DNA of 53,428 nucleotides from a virus (Duplodnaviria; Caudoviricetes): IMG/VR virus record IMGVR_UViG_3300032303_001488, positions 1 to 53,428 of that record; one strand, 5' to 3'. Shown piece by piece: positions 52,260 to 53,428 of this stretch (position 1 is its first letter; each line of letters starts with the position of its first letter). The notes under the pieces were generated by a model. It saw only the letters and a program-made list of their open reading frames with translations, ran no database searches and was not told where the DNA came from. The position numbers and the translations under genes were made by a program.

Positions 52260-53428
52260 ATGGGGCCGATCCGCAACCTACTCGACCGCATCCGCGAACG
52301 CCGGATGGAGCGTCTTTCCAACCGCCAAGGGATGTTCCCGCGCCTGCGGAACCTCATCAACCCGCTCGACTCGCAGGGGATGATGGACAGGGCACAGGGC
52401 ACCCAGGTCGGTGGGAGCCTGTCCAAGCCCCTGACCTACAACCGGCGGCTCGTCCCCGACGGCATTGCCCCCACGGCTACGCCGACAGCGAAGCCCGCTG
52501 GCAAGGCTCCAAGCATCATGGAGCAGGACATGGCGGCTGTTGAAAAGCAGAGGCCGACCAACCCGCTCGACCCCATGGCACAAGCCGATCACTACGACCG
52601 GCAGGCCGCCGTAATGGCTGGGCAGTCCCGAACCGTTGCCGACCCGAACGAACGCCTGCGGCTCCAGCTTGAAGCCAAGTCTTTGGGCGACAGGGCGCAC
52701 CAGCTTCGCTTCATGGCTATCCAGAAGGGGCAGATTGATTCGTCCATGGAGGCCGAGCGGAAAGTCCAAGATGAGCGGACGGGTCTGGCCGGTGCAACTC
52801 GCAGCATGGCCGAGCTACAGAAGGCTATCGCAGACGGCAAGACAACCCCGCTCTTGGCAGCAAGTATCGCCACCAAAGCTGAGTTTCGGGGCCGCGAAAC
52901 ACCCCCGACGGCGCAGGAGCAGCAGCTTGTCTACGCCGAGAACCTTCGGCAGTTCGTTGGCCCCAGCTACGCCCGAGCTACGTTCGCCACTCGCAAGGGG
53001 CTAACGCCAGACTCGCCTGTGTATGGTGAACTCAGGACAGCGTTTGGTGATCTGCCCGACGCCGACCGCACTCAGGCCCTCCAAACCTACGTAGCTCCCC
53101 ACTTGCTCAACGGGTACTTGAGCGAAGGAGCTGCGGCCCTGACTAAGCAGTTTGGCAGACAGCCCACCGAAGACGAGATGGCCCAGCTCAACCAAGACGG
53201 CACCAAGTGGACAGAGGGGCAGATCGCCAAGATCAGCACGACGCTGACCCCGCCCTCCTCGCGGATGTTGCCAAAGACCCGCGATGCCATCGGTAGCGTT
53301 GACGTACACGGCACCGCCGACAATGCCTTTGCCGAGGCACTCAATCTGGCAGGGCAGGCCGCTCAGTCCGCTGGGCCGACGTTCCAAGCGTTGCTGCGAA
53401 CCTTCATGGCCCCGCAGCCCCCTGCGAG
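52260..53428 (+). CDS. Hypothetical protein running off the window end (absent from ORF track)
   Basis: AGGAG RBS, ATG at 52260 (MGPIRNLLDRIRERR...); manual translation shows no stop before 53428. Confidence 0.8.
   Translation, partial: MGPIRNLLDRIRERRMERLSNRQGMFPRLRNLINPLDSQGMMDRAQGTQVGGSLSKPLTYNRRLVPDGIAPTATPTAKPAGKAPSIMEQDMAAVEKQRPTNPLDPMAQADHYDRQAAVMAGQSRTVADPNERLRLQLEAKSLGDRAHQLRFMAIQKGQIDSSMEAERKVQDERTGLAGATRSMAELQKAIADGKTTPLLAASIATKAEFRGRETPPTAQEQQLVYAENLRQFVGPSYARATFATRKGLTPDSPVYGELRTAFGDLPDADRTQALQTYVAPHLLNGYLSEGAAALTKQFGRQPTEDEMAQLNQDGTKWTEGQIAKISTTLTPPSSRMLPKTRDAIGSVDVHGTADNAFAEALNLAGQAAQSAGPTFQALLRTFMAPQPPA

Larger units (their letters stand above)
1..53428. mobile_element. Temperate tailed bacteriophage genome, probably excised/circularly permuted, podovirus-like
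   Basis: Terminase, portal, capsid, adaptor/nozzle, fibres, integrase plus attP-like tRNA fragment; no host housekeeping genes; no tape measure or sheath recognised. Confidence 0.93.

Noticed and set aside
1-53428. Alternative genetic code or stop-codon reassignment
   Set aside because: Marker genes are full length in the standard code and TAA, TAG and TGA all terminate genes

Overview
The window looks like a complete or near-complete ~53 kb temperate tailed-phage genome, probably podovirus-like since no tape-measure or sheath gene is visible. It is probably in the excised form, because an intact attP-like 3' half of tRNA-Gly(CCC) sits next to a tyrosine integrase with phage genes on both sides. 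Layout: (1) integrase and attP (0.3-1.3 kb); (2) a + strand recombination/replication block with RecE-like exonuclease, ERF-like annealing protein, SF2 helicase, HNH, resolvase-like and DUF3310 genes, but no recognisable DNA polymerase or primase; (3) a membrane-protein/papain-like peptidase cluster and a sigma-70-like factor; (4) a leftward block (11.5-21.8 kb) with a serine recombinase, a LexA-type HTH, a MoxR-VWA module and many small genes separated by conserved repeats; (5) a hairpin-rich non-coding region near 23.1-23.4 kb; (6) a + strand virion block with scaffold, capsid, terminase, portal, adaptor, nozzle, ejection-like proteins, fibres and a sulfotransferase-like gene. A Planctomycetota host is a guess from protein motifs only. 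Most unusual observations: attP lies inside the reading frame of the exonuclease gene; a complete tRNA-Thr is nested in frame inside a protein gene; a multi-branched RNA-like structure follows the helicase; a repeated GGGG-WW-GTGCGGTG element heads early gene cassettes; and CCATGG is locally enriched. All family names come from motif recognition by eye, not from database searches.
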